Source: Escherichia phage LPEK22
Reading direction: 5' to 3' (one strand)
Sequence record: OK283619.1
DNA length: 64,000 nt
Every line of letters starts with the position of its first letter. Position 1 is the stretch's first letter. The position numbers were made by a program, and so were the translations under genes. Below the pieces are notes generated by a model. That model was not told the origin of the DNA, made no database searches, and saw only the letters and a list, made by a program, of their open reading frames with translations. Shown piece by piece: positions 53,337 to 62,966 of this stretch.

Positions 53337-54026
53337 ATGAAACGTTTAATCATCGGGGTTGTGCTGGCTGGTCTGGCACTTCCTGCCACCGCCAAGCTGA
53401 ACTCCACAGGTGAAAAACTGTGGTCTGATCTTTCCTACTGTGCTGGGTTCTCCCAAGCCGTCGCTATAGACAAAACTGGTTCCATAGAGAACTTTGCTGA
53501 ACTCTGGACCACAGGTAATGTCACAGATGCCGTTGTAAATGCTGGTATTGAGTTTAATCGATATAAGCAAGGCGCGTTCAACCTGAAAGGATATATGAAC
53601 GACAAAGAATTTAACCGAGGAGGCATGGAGGCTGGCGATCTTATTATGACTGGTCGTATGGGTACACAAGGACGAATGACCGTAAGACAGTGCCGTTCTC
53701 TTCCTTCTCCAGCATTACAAAAAGGTGTGCAGGTTGGCCGACGTCAGCTGGATCTCATCAATGATGGCAACCAATGCATCAAGGTGTTTGAATATAGTGC
53801 CGACCAAGAATCAGATCGACGTTTGAAAAAGGAATGGCGGACTCGCGCCCTTGGCCTGAGAGCATGGCTGGTGGAAAATGATCATTATTATGAAGACCGT
53901 GTTCAGAATGGTTTGAAAGATCTTTCCACTAATTTGTCTGTCAATCTTGATGATCCAAGGCTTTCCCGTGAACTCAAGCAAACAAGAATTGACTGTGATA
54001 ATATGATGAAGGAGAACGAAAGATGA
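53337..54026 (+). CDS. Secreted / periplasmic protein with signal peptide (229 aa)
   Basis: ATG at 53337 after RBS aaggaga. N-terminus MKRLIIGVVLAGLALPATA is signal-peptide-like. Confidence 0.5.
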   Translation: MKRLIIGVVLAGLALPATAKLNSTGEKLWSDLSYCAGFSQAVAIDKTGSIENFAELWTTGNVTDAVVNAGIEFNRYKQGAFNLKGYMNDKEFNRGGMEAGDLIMTGRMGTQGRMTVRQCRSLPSPALQKGVQVGRRQLDLINDGNQCIKVFEYSADQESDRRLKKEWRTRALGLRAWLVENDHYYEDRVQNGLKDLSTNLSVNLDDPRLSRELKQTRIDCDNMMKENER

Positions 54027-54343
54027 AAATCAAAATCTTATTGTTATTCCTGTGCACTTTCATGTCTTCCCAAGTATTGGCAGCTCCGGCCAGTAAGTTG
54101 AATATTTGTGCTGCTTGGTTGTCTACATATCAACAATTCCATCCGGATGATAAGGATACATCAATTCTTTTATCTGATTATGAAGGTGAATTGAAACGCC
54201 TTGATCTCTATAGTGTGGACCAGATAGAGAATGCGCTTGATTTATCTATGATGGAATCTGCCGCAGACAACAGCAAACAGACTATTAAAGATCTGACGAT
54301 GTGTCGTGAAATTGCAACTAATTTCGTTGGAAATCAAAGATAG
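54023..54343 (+). CDS. Small secreted protein with signal peptide (106 aa)
   Basis: MKIKILLLFLCTFMSSQVLAAP signal-peptide-like. RBS gaaggag. Confidence 0.45.
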   Translation: MKIKILLLFLCTFMSSQVLAAPASKLNICAAWLSTYQQFHPDDKDTSILLSDYEGELKRLDLYSVDQIENALDLSMMESAADNSKQTIKDLTMCREIATNFVGNQR

Positions 54344-54392
54344 TTTCAGGTTAAAATTTTATTCCCCATTGAACTGAAAGGTGTATTTCGTG

Positions 54393-55184
54393 ATGATCAT
54401 TACCAAAAAGATCGCTGAGGCGATCGTTGAAAAGAATAAAATGTTCGCACCTAACAAAGCAAAGGTTATTCTGATCCATGATGATGGTCGCGTGGTCTTC
54501 GCTGAAAAATTTGAGCAAGGGTGCGCTTTCTGGTTTGCAGACACGATGCGTGAAAGCAAGCTACAGGGCATCATTTACAAATTAACTCTGGTTGCCAAGC
54601 GCAACGACCAGGGTGACTGGGTTACGGTTTGTGATTTCAGCTCCAAGGTTGATACTCGACCAAAATCTCGCCAAGAGAGAATTCTGGAAGCTCAGGAAAA
54701 ACTTGTTGCTGCTCGTACTTCACCAGTCATTAAGCCAGCAGTCATCTCCCCTTCTATTGATCTGCCGCCTGTCAGCCAAAAGGCTGTTGAGCAATATGCA
54801 GAAAAACGAAAAGAAGAACCCGTGAAGTCTCCGGTTGAGAATAAAGAAGAATCTGAATTTATTTCAATCAGGCAGTTATGTCCGCAAGAAAGGCGATTTT
54901 CTTCACCAAATGATTTATTCGTGTCTTTCCGGTCTAATGGGAAGATTATATTGTGCAAAACCCTACGGGAACAATTGCAGTGGCCTAACATCAATATGAT
55001 GGTGAGTCGGAACTTCAAACGATTCGCAATCGGTGAAGGTAAAGATTATCCTGTTAATAAGAGCGGAACATATGCAAATCGTCATATGTGCGACAAATTG
55101 TCTTTCCCAAACGATTCTGGCACTATTCGTGTTCGTTTAGAATGGGATGAAAGTTTGAACATGTATGTCGGTGATATAAAATAA
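54393..55184 (+). CDS. Hypothetical protein (263 aa)
   Basis: ATG at 54393 (track start is GTG). Followed by a terminator at 55207-55238. Confidence 0.5.
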   Translation: MIITKKIAEAIVEKNKMFAPNKAKVILIHDDGRVVFAEKFEQGCAFWFADTMRESKLQGIIYKLTLVAKRNDQGDWVTVCDFSSKVDTRPKSRQERILEAQEKLVAARTSPVIKPAVISPSIDLPPVSQKAVEQYAEKRKEEPVKSPVENKEESEFISIRQLCPQERRFSSPNDLFVSFRSNGKIILCKTLREQLQWPNINMMVSRNFKRFAIGEGKDYPVNKSGTYANRHMCDKLSFPNDSGTIRVRLEWDESLNMYVGDIK

Positions 55185-55206
55185 TTCAATAACATTAGGG
55201 CGGTTA

Positions 55207-55238
55207 TTATTAAACCGCCTTTTATTTGAGAGATCTAT
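55207..55238 (+). terminator. Rho-independent terminator
   Basis: ggcggtt/aaccgcc stem plus ttttatttg. Confidence 0.7.
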
Positions 55239-55241
55239 ATT

Positions 55242-55910
55242 ATGAACAACAAGAGCCGTATTATCATCGGGGCTGACCAGGGTAATTTATATTTTGAAAG
55301 ATCTGATGTTGTCGCCCACGCTATCCTTCCCACTGGAATTTCCGTTTATTGTGTGGAACATCCTGACCCTGCAGTTAAACGTCTTTGCTATGTCTCCCGT
55401 GAAAATGGACTAATTGTATTGCCAGAAGGCGCGATTATGCGCGCTCGTTTTTGGCCGATCGATTTTAATTCCATGAGCAATAGGGAGATCGACGCCCGTT
55501 TCTTCGTACATAATATGAACCGGACTCTGAAAAATGAAACTCAGAGAGTTGTTCATTTCGACAATGAAACTCATGGAGTGACGTTAGAATTCAGAACTCG
55601 TGGTGAAGCTCTTCAGGTGAAGAAATCAAGCTGGAAAACTGAAGGGACGTTCACATATGATTATGCGTTAATCGACAAATTGTGTAATCAGTTTCGCATT
55701 AGCCTGACTGCCAACGACGATTTAGGTCAGTATGTTGTATGGACAGCCCGTTCACCACATATGAACGGTATCATGATGGAGAGTGAAACTCGTAATCGCG
55801 CTGTGCTCCAACTGCTGCTGTTAGACGCGTATTCTCGCAACCCGTTGGAATATCTGTCTCGGGAACAGATTGATAACGCGCTTTCTCATTGTAACCGTCT
55901 GGAGGTGTAA
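55242..55910 (+). CDS. Hypothetical protein (222 aa)
   Basis: ATG start. Confidence 0.5.
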   Translation: MNNKSRIIIGADQGNLYFERSDVVAHAILPTGISVYCVEHPDPAVKRLCYVSRENGLIVLPEGAIMRARFWPIDFNSMSNREIDARFFVHNMNRTLKNETQRVVHFDNETHGVTLEFRTRGEALQVKKSSWKTEGTFTYDYALIDKLCNQFRISLTANDDLGQYVVWTARSPHMNGIMMESETRNRAVLQLLLLDAYSRNPLEYLSREQIDNALSHCNRLEV

Positions 55911-55911
55911 T

Positions 55912-56199
55912 ATGTCCGGCGTATGGTGTGATGTATTGTTGGTAAGATTTTCAAACGGGATGGATAATCAGATCATTTCATTCTTTTATCCTGTTCCCTT
56001 TTCTTCTATGGGTCTGACTGTCAAGCGCGTTCTTGACATAGAAGAAAAACTCAACACGATGCCGTATATGGCGCGACCACACGTGCTGGGTTGTGAACTG
56101 TTAAACGAAATGATGATTGACGAGAATCTTGTTGAAACAATTATCACGCGTGAACAGATGAAAACCATACTGTCTCAGGGAGAACCCCATGTCGAATAA
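55912..56199 (+). CDS. Hypothetical protein (95 aa)
   Basis: ATG at 55912 after RBS ggaggtg. Confidence 0.4.
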   Translation: MSGVWCDVLLVRFSNGMDNQIISFFYPVPFSSMGLTVKRVLDIEEKLNTMPYMARPHVLGCELLNEMMIDENLVETIITREQMKTILSQGEPHVE

Positions 56200-56509
56200 A
56201 CCGTTTGAACTTAAATTTCGCGTTTGGCATATTCCCCAGGTTCCTGGGATCGCTTTTCATGTTGAGGTTCCAACATTTGAAGAAGCGCAGCGCCTGAAGA
56301 ATACTCTGGCTGATTACGACCTGTTTCAGTATAACAATAACATCAAGCCGGATTATTGTAATGCTTCCGGCGTTCAAATATACCAACATGATCTGACTGA
56401 AGAAGATCTAAATGATATGGGTCTGGATGATCGTTGGGTTGATATCGAAGATATTGACGAACTCAACGATTATTTTGATCATCTGCGTAGCACAGGGTGG
56501 GAAATATGA
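56189..56509 (+). CDS. Hypothetical acidic protein (106 aa)
   Basis: ATG start. ATGA overlap with the downstream gene. Confidence 0.45.
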   Translation: MSNKPFELKFRVWHIPQVPGIAFHVEVPTFEEAQRLKNTLADYDLFQYNNNIKPDYCNASGVQIYQHDLTEEDLNDMGLDDRWVDIEDIDELNDYFDHLRSTGWEI

Positions 56510-56715
56510 TCGGGTTAATCCGTTATCTGTTCATATTCGTAATTTCAACATTCATTTTATTTTTCTTTTTCAAATACTTGAAAGAGACTAAAATCTACCG
56601 AAGTAAACGTTGGCGTAAACGGGTGAGGGTAACTTTCCTGCTGCTGATTTCTTCGGTTACAATAACCGCACTCACATTGGGTGCATATATCTACATTTTT
56701 GAAGGGGTACATTGA
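56506..56715 (+). CDS. Small membrane protein with two predicted TM helices (69 aa)
   Basis: ATG at 56506. Hydrophobic stretches flank a basic loop (RSKRWRKRVR). Confidence 0.4.
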   Translation: MIGLIRYLFIFVISTFILFFFFKYLKETKIYRSKRWRKRVRVTFLLLISSVTITALTLGAYIYIFEGVH

Positions 56716-57506
56716 TGTTCAAGAAATTGGTGTTTGGTGCAATTATGGTTCTGGCTGCAAGTCTACTTTCTGGTTGTGGTGGCGTTATCGATGAAGGTAA
56801 TGTCGGCGTTCGCACCCAATGGGGTGAAGTAGACATGAACCCTGTAACAGCGGGGATCTACACCAGCTTTGTTTCAAGCGTGGATGTTTACACGACCAAA
56901 GAAGCCGTTGTGAGTCTGACGAAAATGACGCCAAAGGCCAAAGACAACCTGACCTTGGAAGATCTGGATGTGGACGTTTATTACACACCGAACGTCGCGA
57001 AGGTTCCTTGGTTCCATACCAAATTTGCAGGTCAGAGCGCTGAACTCGGTGACGGCACGATAGCGGTGGGATTCAACCTGGTTAAAACCGCCGCAGCATC
57101 CTCAACGATGGACGCCGTTTCCTCTTTGGATTCTATGACAATTCACACCCAACGGGCTGAGTTAGAAAAGATGATCAAGGAACGCACCCAGCAGCAATTG
57201 GAAACTGCTGCGCCTGGCATGTTCACAATCACACGTGTGTTGGTGAAAAAGGCGCTGACAGATCCTTCGATTGAGCAATCTATCCGTGATAATGTCATGG
57301 CCGACAAACGTTTGGATACAGCAAGAAAGAACGTTGAAATTCGAGACCAAGAAGCCAGGGCGAATCAGAAACTGACGACATCTCTGACACCTGAATATTT
57401 ACAACACGAATATAACATGGTGTTGCAATCTTGCGCCAACAGCGGGAAATGTACTCTGATTGTTGATGGTTCAGGCTCAAGTAAAATGCTAAACGTCGGC
57501 AAATAA
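56715..57506 (+). CDS. Lipoprotein, possibly SPFH/band-7-like (263 aa)
   Basis: Signal peptide plus lipobox (AASLLSGCGG). RBS gaagggg. The SPFH resemblance (NVGVRTQWGEV...) is by eye only. Confidence 0.5.
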   Translation: MFKKLVFGAIMVLAASLLSGCGGVIDEGNVGVRTQWGEVDMNPVTAGIYTSFVSSVDVYTTKEAVVSLTKMTPKAKDNLTLEDLDVDVYYTPNVAKVPWFHTKFAGQSAELGDGTIAVGFNLVKTAAASSTMDAVSSLDSMTIHTQRAELEKMIKERTQQQLETAAPGMFTITRVLVKKALTDPSIEQSIRDNVMADKRLDTARKNVEIRDQEARANQKLTTSLTPEYLQHEYNMVLQSCANSGKCTLIVDGSGSSKMLNVGK

Positions 57507-57589
57507 ACGCTTTATTCAATAGTATTTGTTAGGTAAGCTGTAGTCCTCTTGTAGTGAAACATCGTAAACAACTAACTGGAGTAATCCGA

Positions 57590-57868
57590 ATGAACCGTAC
57601 TGATTTTATCGCTCACATCGCTCAAACCCAGGGTATGACCAAAGGCGAAGCTGAGAAAATCGTTGCATCTTTTATCAATGGCGTGAAAACTGCAGTCGCG
57701 GCTGGCCAATCTGTCCAATTCGTAGGCTTCGGCGCGTTCGAAGTTAAACATCAGGAAGCGCGCACTGGCCGCAACCCGCTGAACGGACAACAGATCCAGA
57801 TCGAAGCGAAAAATGTAGTTAAATTCAAAGTCGGTGAAGGTCTGAAAGCTGCTGCCAACGGCCAGTAA
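57590..57868 (+). CDS. HU/IHF-family histone-like DNA-binding protein
   Basis: MNRTDFIAHIAQ...VQFVGFGAFEVKHQEARTGRNPLNGQQIQIEAKNV aligns along the length with bacterial HU (...[35 protein letters not shown]). ATG at 57590 with GGAG RBS. Confidence 0.85.
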   Translation: MNRTDFIAHIAQTQGMTKGEAEKIVASFINGVKTAVAAGQSVQFVGFGAFEVKHQEARTGRNPLNGQQIQIEAKNVVKFKVGEGLKAAANGQ

Positions 57869-57928
57869 TCACACCAGGCGTCGGCTCAGCGCATGTCTGC
57901 AGTGCAGCGGCGCAAGGCTAAAAGGAGA

Positions 57929-57956
57929 AGCCGAGGTTAATGCCTCGGCTTTTTCG
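57929..57956 (+). terminator. Rho-independent terminator after the HU-like gene
   Basis: agccgagg/cctcggct stem plus ttttt. Confidence 0.8.
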
Positions 57957-58003
57957 TTGTTGGGATTCGGGTAAACTATAACAGAATCCAAAGGAGGAAC
58001 AAC

Positions 58004-59725
58004 GTGACAGCATTTAATCAACACCGAAAGGCGATTGACGCCATAGGCCGTAAGGTTCCTGTGGAAGAAATACAACGCCTTACCAAAGATGAATTCCCAT
58101 ATGACAAAGCGAACCCAGGCCAGATGGAATGCATCGTCGAAGCCATAGATGCGCTTATCAACAAAAAGGTTAAACATGTCATCATTGAAGCTCCGACAGG
58201 TGTCGGTAAATCTTTGATTGGCACTACCATTCATAAAGTGATTCGCCATCTAGTTTTACAGGCTGATCCTTATGGGCAATTTCGCACTTCTATCAGCACC
58301 CCGACCAAAGGTCTGCAAGATCAGTATGCTGCTGAAAAGGCGGTGGCGATAGACATCCTAAAAGGCAAGAAGAACTATCGTTGCCACGTACATCCAGATG
58401 TGTATTACAATGCTGTCCAATGCCGTATAGCATGCCGTGACGGGCATTGTAGCAAACGCCGCTGTCCTTATGTACAGGCGCGTAATTTGTGGACGGATAT
58501 TTCATCATTGCGTTGTACTAATGCTGCCATGATGATCGAAATGTGTACAACCATCTGCATGAAGCCCGAAAACCGTTCCGATATGCTGATCCTTGACGAG
58601 TGCCATAAAATGCCCTCTACGCTCCTAGAGCACACGATCATGGAATACAATACAAAGGCCGTGGAGGGGCTGCGTTCTATCCCTGATGGCAAGGAGATCG
58701 TCTCTACCATTGGTGATATCGTAGAACGCACCAAGGACTATGTCCTGGGCAAGTTATATTCCTTGTCTGGTGAACTACATTCAATGTTTGAAGACCTCCA
58801 TCTCAAAGTAGAAAATTTGTTGGAAGTTCTTGAAGAATTGGTCGAAGATGATCGCTTGAGTGAAAGCCAAGTGATGAAACTCGCCGACATTATAGATGTC
58901 TTGCATAACTTGAGTGATTATTGCGGTATTATGTCTCAGACAAAGGCCAGCACCTTTATCGTACAGGAAAAGGGAGATGACTTTATTCGGTTTAAACCCG
59001 TTATGCCTTCTGATGTAAGTGAATTCGGGTTATTCCGAAAAGCTGATTATCACGTTCATATGTCAGCAACGATCTGTGGTATAGATTCGTATGCTCGTTC
59101 ATTGGGTATTCGACAGGGGGATTATCATTCCATTCAGATCGGCAACCCTATCCCGATTGAAAACAGAAAAGTCAACTATATGCCCATAGTGAAGATGACT
59201 AACAATATGGGTGACTATGAAATGAAAAGGTTGACGGAATATATTGATGAAATAATCGCGTTCCACCCAGGTCAGTCCGGTATTATCCATACAGTGAGTT
59301 ATGATCGCGCGTTGGCAATACAAAAATTCAGCAAATATCAGAATTTTATCCATGTTCCGCGCACCCGAAAGGCGTTGATGGATATTATGGAAAATGCTTT
59401 TAGAACAAAGTCCCCATGCGTCATTGCCAGTCCTGCCATGGAAGAAGGTTATGATTTCAAAGGGGATTACAGCCGTTTCCAAATACTGATCAAAGTCCCT
59501 TATGATTATCTGGGCGATCCACTGATAGCACATATCAATTCAGTGGATCCGTCGGCATATTTCCGCAATGCAGTACTGCGCATTGTTCAAATGTGTGGGC
59601 GTTCGGTCAGGGGTGTTGATGACTGGGCTGCGACATACATCATTGATTCATCTTTTGAATCTCTTATGATGCGCAACCCAGAATTCTTCCCAACCTGGTT
59701 CACCGATGCAGTGTTTGAGGTTTAA
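58004..59725 (+). CDS. DinG/Rad3 (XPD)-family Fe-S helicase, GTG start
   Basis: Walker A EAPTGVGKS, DEAH-type box ILDECH, four-Cys cluster between them (C..C....C....C). Strong RBS aaggagg 6 nt before the GTG. Confidence 0.8.
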   Translation: MTAFNQHRKAIDAIGRKVPVEEIQRLTKDEFPYDKANPGQMECIVEAIDALINKKVKHVIIEAPTGVGKSLIGTTIHKVIRHLVLQADPYGQFRTSISTPTKGLQDQYAAEKAVAIDILKGKKNYRCHVHPDVYYNAVQCRIACRDGHCSKRRCPYVQARNLWTDISSLRCTNAAMMIEMCTTICMKPENRSDMLILDECHKMPSTLLEHTIMEYNTKAVEGLRSIPDGKEIVSTIGDIVERTKDYVLGKLYSLSGELHSMFEDLHLKVENLLEVLEELVEDDRLSESQVMKLADIIDVLHNLSDYCGIMSQTKASTFIVQEKGDDFIRFKPVMPSDVSEFGLFRKADYHVHMSATICGIDSYARSLGIRQGDYHSIQIGNPIPIENRKVNYMPIVKMTNNMGDYEMKRLTEYIDEIIAFHPGQSGIIHTVSYDRALAIQKFSKYQNFIHVPRTRKALMDIMENAFRTKSPCVIASPAMEEGYDFKGDYSRFQILIKVPYDYLGDPLIAHINSVDPSAYFRNAVLRIVQMCGRSVRGVDDWAATYIIDSSFESLMMRNPEFFPTWFTDAVFEV

Positions 59726-60489
59726 TAACCCGCAATAAACGATAAATGGCACTTGATATTTGGTTCAAGTGTCGTTATCGTGATAATCATATTGTCCACA
59801 TCTTGGCTGAAAGATATATTTGCGATCGGTTTGGTTTGAACATGATTATACAGGCTATAAATCAGATCTTCACCACGATAACCGATTTTGCCATCAGTGT
59901 CCTGCCAATGACCGAGGGTAGACTCTCGAGCGTGTACTCGGAATTCGACCATATGAAACAATGCTTTTGGGATTGTCTTCAGTATGCTGGTCCCAACAAC
60001 CGGAATATCAATAGAAGAGTCGTTGGAGTTTCCTTCATAAACAGATTCCCAACCAAATATTGGATCACCTCCTGCCACAGGAGTTCTTTTCCAGTATTGG
60101 AATTCTGGGTTGCCCGAAGCGTTCTTTTGTAGGAGGATTACTTCACCGCCTTCAAAATTGGAAGTGTCTATATCGTCCCTTGCTAATAAATCTGCCGGAG
60201 AACCAATAAATTTCCAAGTTTCGCGATCTAAAATAGACTTATAATAATCGGTGAATACGTTGCTGTCGTTAGCTGCATTGATTGCGTCTTTAAGACCTTC
60301 ACCTGTGACCATCTCATTAAGTTTTAGCCACATGTTTTTGACAGCTGACGCAGCTGCGACTTGACCTTCAGTCCCACCCGCCGTGTAGTCATAAATGATG
60401 TCCAGCTTTTGTATGGAATCATTTATAGACAAGAGCAAACGCTCAATTTCTGGGGCGGTCAGACTGAAACGATATGCGCGTTCTGACAT
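59722..60489 (-). CDS. Hypothetical protein (255 aa), minus strand
   Basis: ATG on minus strand with RBS gaggaa. Its stop overlaps the helicase stop tail-to-tail (ttaa). Confidence 0.5.
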   Translation of the reverse strand: MSERAYRFSLTAPEIERLLLSINDSIQKLDIIYDYTAGGTEGQVAAASAVKNMWLKLNEMVTGEGLKDAINAANDSNVFTDYYKSILDRETWKFIGSPADLLARDDIDTSNFEGGEVILLQKNASGNPEFQYWKRTPVAGGDPIFGWESVYEGNSNDSSIDIPVVGTSILKTIPKALFHMVEFRVHARESTLGHWQDTDGKIGYRGEDLIYSLYNHVQTKPIANISFSQDVDNMIITITTLEPNIKCHLSFIAGY

Positions 60490-60531
60490 GATTCGTTCCT
60501 CATCGATAAAACCAGTTTGGGATACTTATAC

Positions 60532-61059
60532 ATGATTGAAATATACACTGACGGGGCATCATCCCCTCAGAAGACACGAGCCGCTGGTTGGGCATTTGCC
60601 ATCAGTCCAATCACTGGAGAGCAATGGAAAGTGTTTTATGGGTATTTACCCCCGCCGTCAACGAACAATATAGCTGAGTTACTCGGGGTTATAAACGCAA
60701 TGAAGATCCTATGGAAATTCTCTAATTGCGGTGAACGCTGCATTCCCCCAGCCCGCATCATATCCGACAGCCAATATGTTATCAATAGCGTTTTGGAGTG
60801 GCGTCGTAAATGGGAATATGAAGGAATGCCGCCTAAGAACACAGAACTTCTGCTCGAGTTGTTCGATTATTATGACAAAGTTTGTTCAATTTGTGAACTT
60901 GAATTAAAATGGGTGAAAGGTCATGCAGGAACGATGGGCAACGAAATTGCGGATCAGTGGAGCGTTAGAGCCAAAGAAGATAGTTCAATGGTTCTTGAAA
61001 ATAACCGTTTCTCGGTCAAGAAAGTCGTTGGTTCTTTCAATGAATTCATTGGTATTTGA
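60532..61059 (+). CDS. Ribonuclease HI (RNase H1-type)
   Basis: IYTDGAS...AGWAF...NNIAELLGVINAM...SDSQYVIN...WVKGHAG..GNE.AD carries the catalytic-residue pattern of RNase HI. ATG at 60532 (track start is TTG). Confidence 0.85.
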   Translation: MIEIYTDGASSPQKTRAAGWAFAISPITGEQWKVFYGYLPPPSTNNIAELLGVINAMKILWKFSNCGERCIPPARIISDSQYVINSVLEWRRKWEYEGMPPKNTELLLELFDYYDKVCSICELELKWVKGHAGTMGNEIADQWSVRAKEDSSMVLENNRFSVKKVVGSFNEFIGI

Positions 61060-61070
61060 GGATTATCACG

Positions 61071-61862
61071 ATGGGTATGAATTTTGTAGACAGGGGTGAT
61101 AACGTCACCAAATATTTCACAGACGAAGATAATGACCGTGTTGTTGGAATATTGAGAGATTGGATTCCGGCTCGCAAAAAGGCTTTGGCCGAAGGAACAC
61201 CCCTACCAAGAATCCCCAATTATGTGGCCATGAATGTTCAGATGATTATTAAGAACATGAGTATGCGCTACAACTATCGTGATTATCCATACCGCGAAGA
61301 CATGGTCAGTGAGGCCGTTGTCAACATCCTTCGTTACCTCCATACATTTGACGTCAGTCATATCGGCAAGAAAGGAAAAATCAATTTCTTCTCTTGGGTA
61401 ACGATGTGCGCCGATCGTTCATTCGCCAAGAAACTCACCAGTGAAGAAGAACACAATTATATCAAGTTGCGTTCATTTGAAGAAGCAGGTGGTTTCGCTG
61501 CATTATCAGATGACCCAGACTTCCAGCAACAGACATTCGTAGACAGCACTGGTATAACAATGGACTTCCGTGAGCGTATCGGAAATTTTGAAACTAAGAA
61601 AGAAGCACAGCGCGAAAAGGAACGCCAAAAGCAAATCGCCATCAAAGAAGAGGAAAAGAATAAGAAAATTCCTCGCGGTATACTTCAATGTCTCACAAAG
61701 AGTGAAAATACCATTACCGCCGACGCCGAAGATAATTCAGACTATGACTTCGGCTCTACTCAATTCAATCTGGAAGACGAAATATGTTCTATGGAACCAG
61801 ATTGGGAAGAAGCAAAGAAACGAGCATTAGAACGGGAGCAACAAAATAATGGCGATTGCTAA
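61071..61862 (+). CDS. Late-transcription sigma factor, T4 gp55-like, with C-terminal extension
   Basis: QMIIKNMSMRYNYRDYPYREDMVSEAVVNILRYLHTFD and INFFSWVTMCADRSFAKKLTSEEE parallel T4 gp55 as recalled. 263 aa against about 185 aa in T4; extra Lys/Glu-rich C-terminal region. Confidence 0.75.
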   Translation: MGMNFVDRGDNVTKYFTDEDNDRVVGILRDWIPARKKALAEGTPLPRIPNYVAMNVQMIIKNMSMRYNYRDYPYREDMVSEAVVNILRYLHTFDVSHIGKKGKINFFSWVTMCADRSFAKKLTSEEEHNYIKLRSFEEAGGFAALSDDPDFQQQTFVDSTGITMDFRERIGNFETKKEAQREKERQKQIAIKEEEKNKKIPRGILQCLTKSENTITADAEDNSDYDFGSTQFNLEDEICSMEPDWEEAKKRALEREQQNNGDC

Positions 61863-62964
61863 AATAGGCGATTTACATATCGGGAGCCGTAATGGTTCCC
61901 GTTACGTTCGAGAATTCATAAAGAATTATCTCATCAATTATTTTATTCCAGAATTGGTTGACGCCGATATTAAAGAAGTGTGGCAATTTGGTGATACGTT
62001 TGATGTTCGCAAATTCATGTATGGTCGCGATAAAGATTGGTTGAAAGATGAATTGACGCCAGCGCTGCGCAAAGCAGGTATTAAATGGAATGGCATCGTC
62101 GGCAACCATGATATCACGTTAGAAGAGTCCAATCGCATTAACTGGCCTTCTTATCTTAATGAATTGGCACCGGATGTTTATCATTATTACAGCGAACCAA
62201 CTGAAGTAATGATTGAAGGTGTCAAGACCCTCCTACTGCCGTGGATTAACAAAGAGAACTATGATGCGTCCATTAAAGCGATACAAGATACAGACGCCAA
62301 GTACTGTTTTGCGCATCTGGAGTTGGCAGGGTTCAAAATGTATCAGTCCTCTATATGTGATAAAGGTCAGATCGACGTGGCGCTCCTTTCGAAATTCGAG
62401 CGCGTGGATACCGGACATTTCCATACCCGTTCGATGGAAGGTAACATTCAGTATATTGGGACTCCTTATCACCTTACCTGGGAAGACCACAAAGACGGGA
62501 CGAACCGAGGATTCTATGTAGACGACATGAATGGCGGGGAATTGTTTATCCCCAACAACGAACAACAAACGTTGTTCCGGTTCGTGGAATACGACTACAC
62601 GCAAATGTCTTCTGACACCGAAGGTAATTGGATCGACCCCGATTGGTTAAACAATGTTTTGGGTATTGAAGGGCAAATCGTTAAGGTGATTGTACAGAAC
62701 CGTGACAATGCCAAGCATTATGAAAAGTTCTGTGACGCATTGAAGCGCTGTAAATGCATCGATTACAACTTCATCGATCGGACGATTACTGTTGCTTCCG
62801 AGAAGGTAGAAGTCACTGAAGAGATGGTGGCGACTGATGCTGTGGAAGTCCTGAAGAAAGATATCCGCGCCGCCAATAATATCCAGCGCCCTGAAAATGT
62901 TTGCAAATTAGCAGAACAATTCTATAATGCTGCCCAACAACGCCTGAACACATTGGATGCATAA
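61849..62964 (+). CDS. Recombination nuclease subunit, T4 gp47-like (Mre11/SbcD family)
   Basis: Phosphoesterase motifs GDLHIG, GDTFD, VGNHD, GHFH and YIGTP, colinear with T4 gp47. Confidence 0.9.
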   Translation: MAIAKIGDLHIGSRNGSRYVREFIKNYLINYFIPELVDADIKEVWQFGDTFDVRKFMYGRDKDWLKDELTPALRKAGIKWNGIVGNHDITLEESNRINWPSYLNELAPDVYHYYSEPTEVMIEGVKTLLLPWINKENYDASIKAIQDTDAKYCFAHLELAGFKMYQSSICDKGQIDVALLSKFERVDTGHFHTRSMEGNIQYIGTPYHLTWEDHKDGTNRGFYVDDMNGGELFIPNNEQQTLFRFVEYDYTQMSSDTEGNWIDPDWLNNVLGIEGQIVKVIVQNRDNAKHYEKFCDALKRCKCIDYNFIDRTITVASEKVEVTEEMVATDAVEVLKKDIRAANNIQRPENVCKLAEQFYNAAQQRLNTLDA

Positions 62965-62966
62965 TA

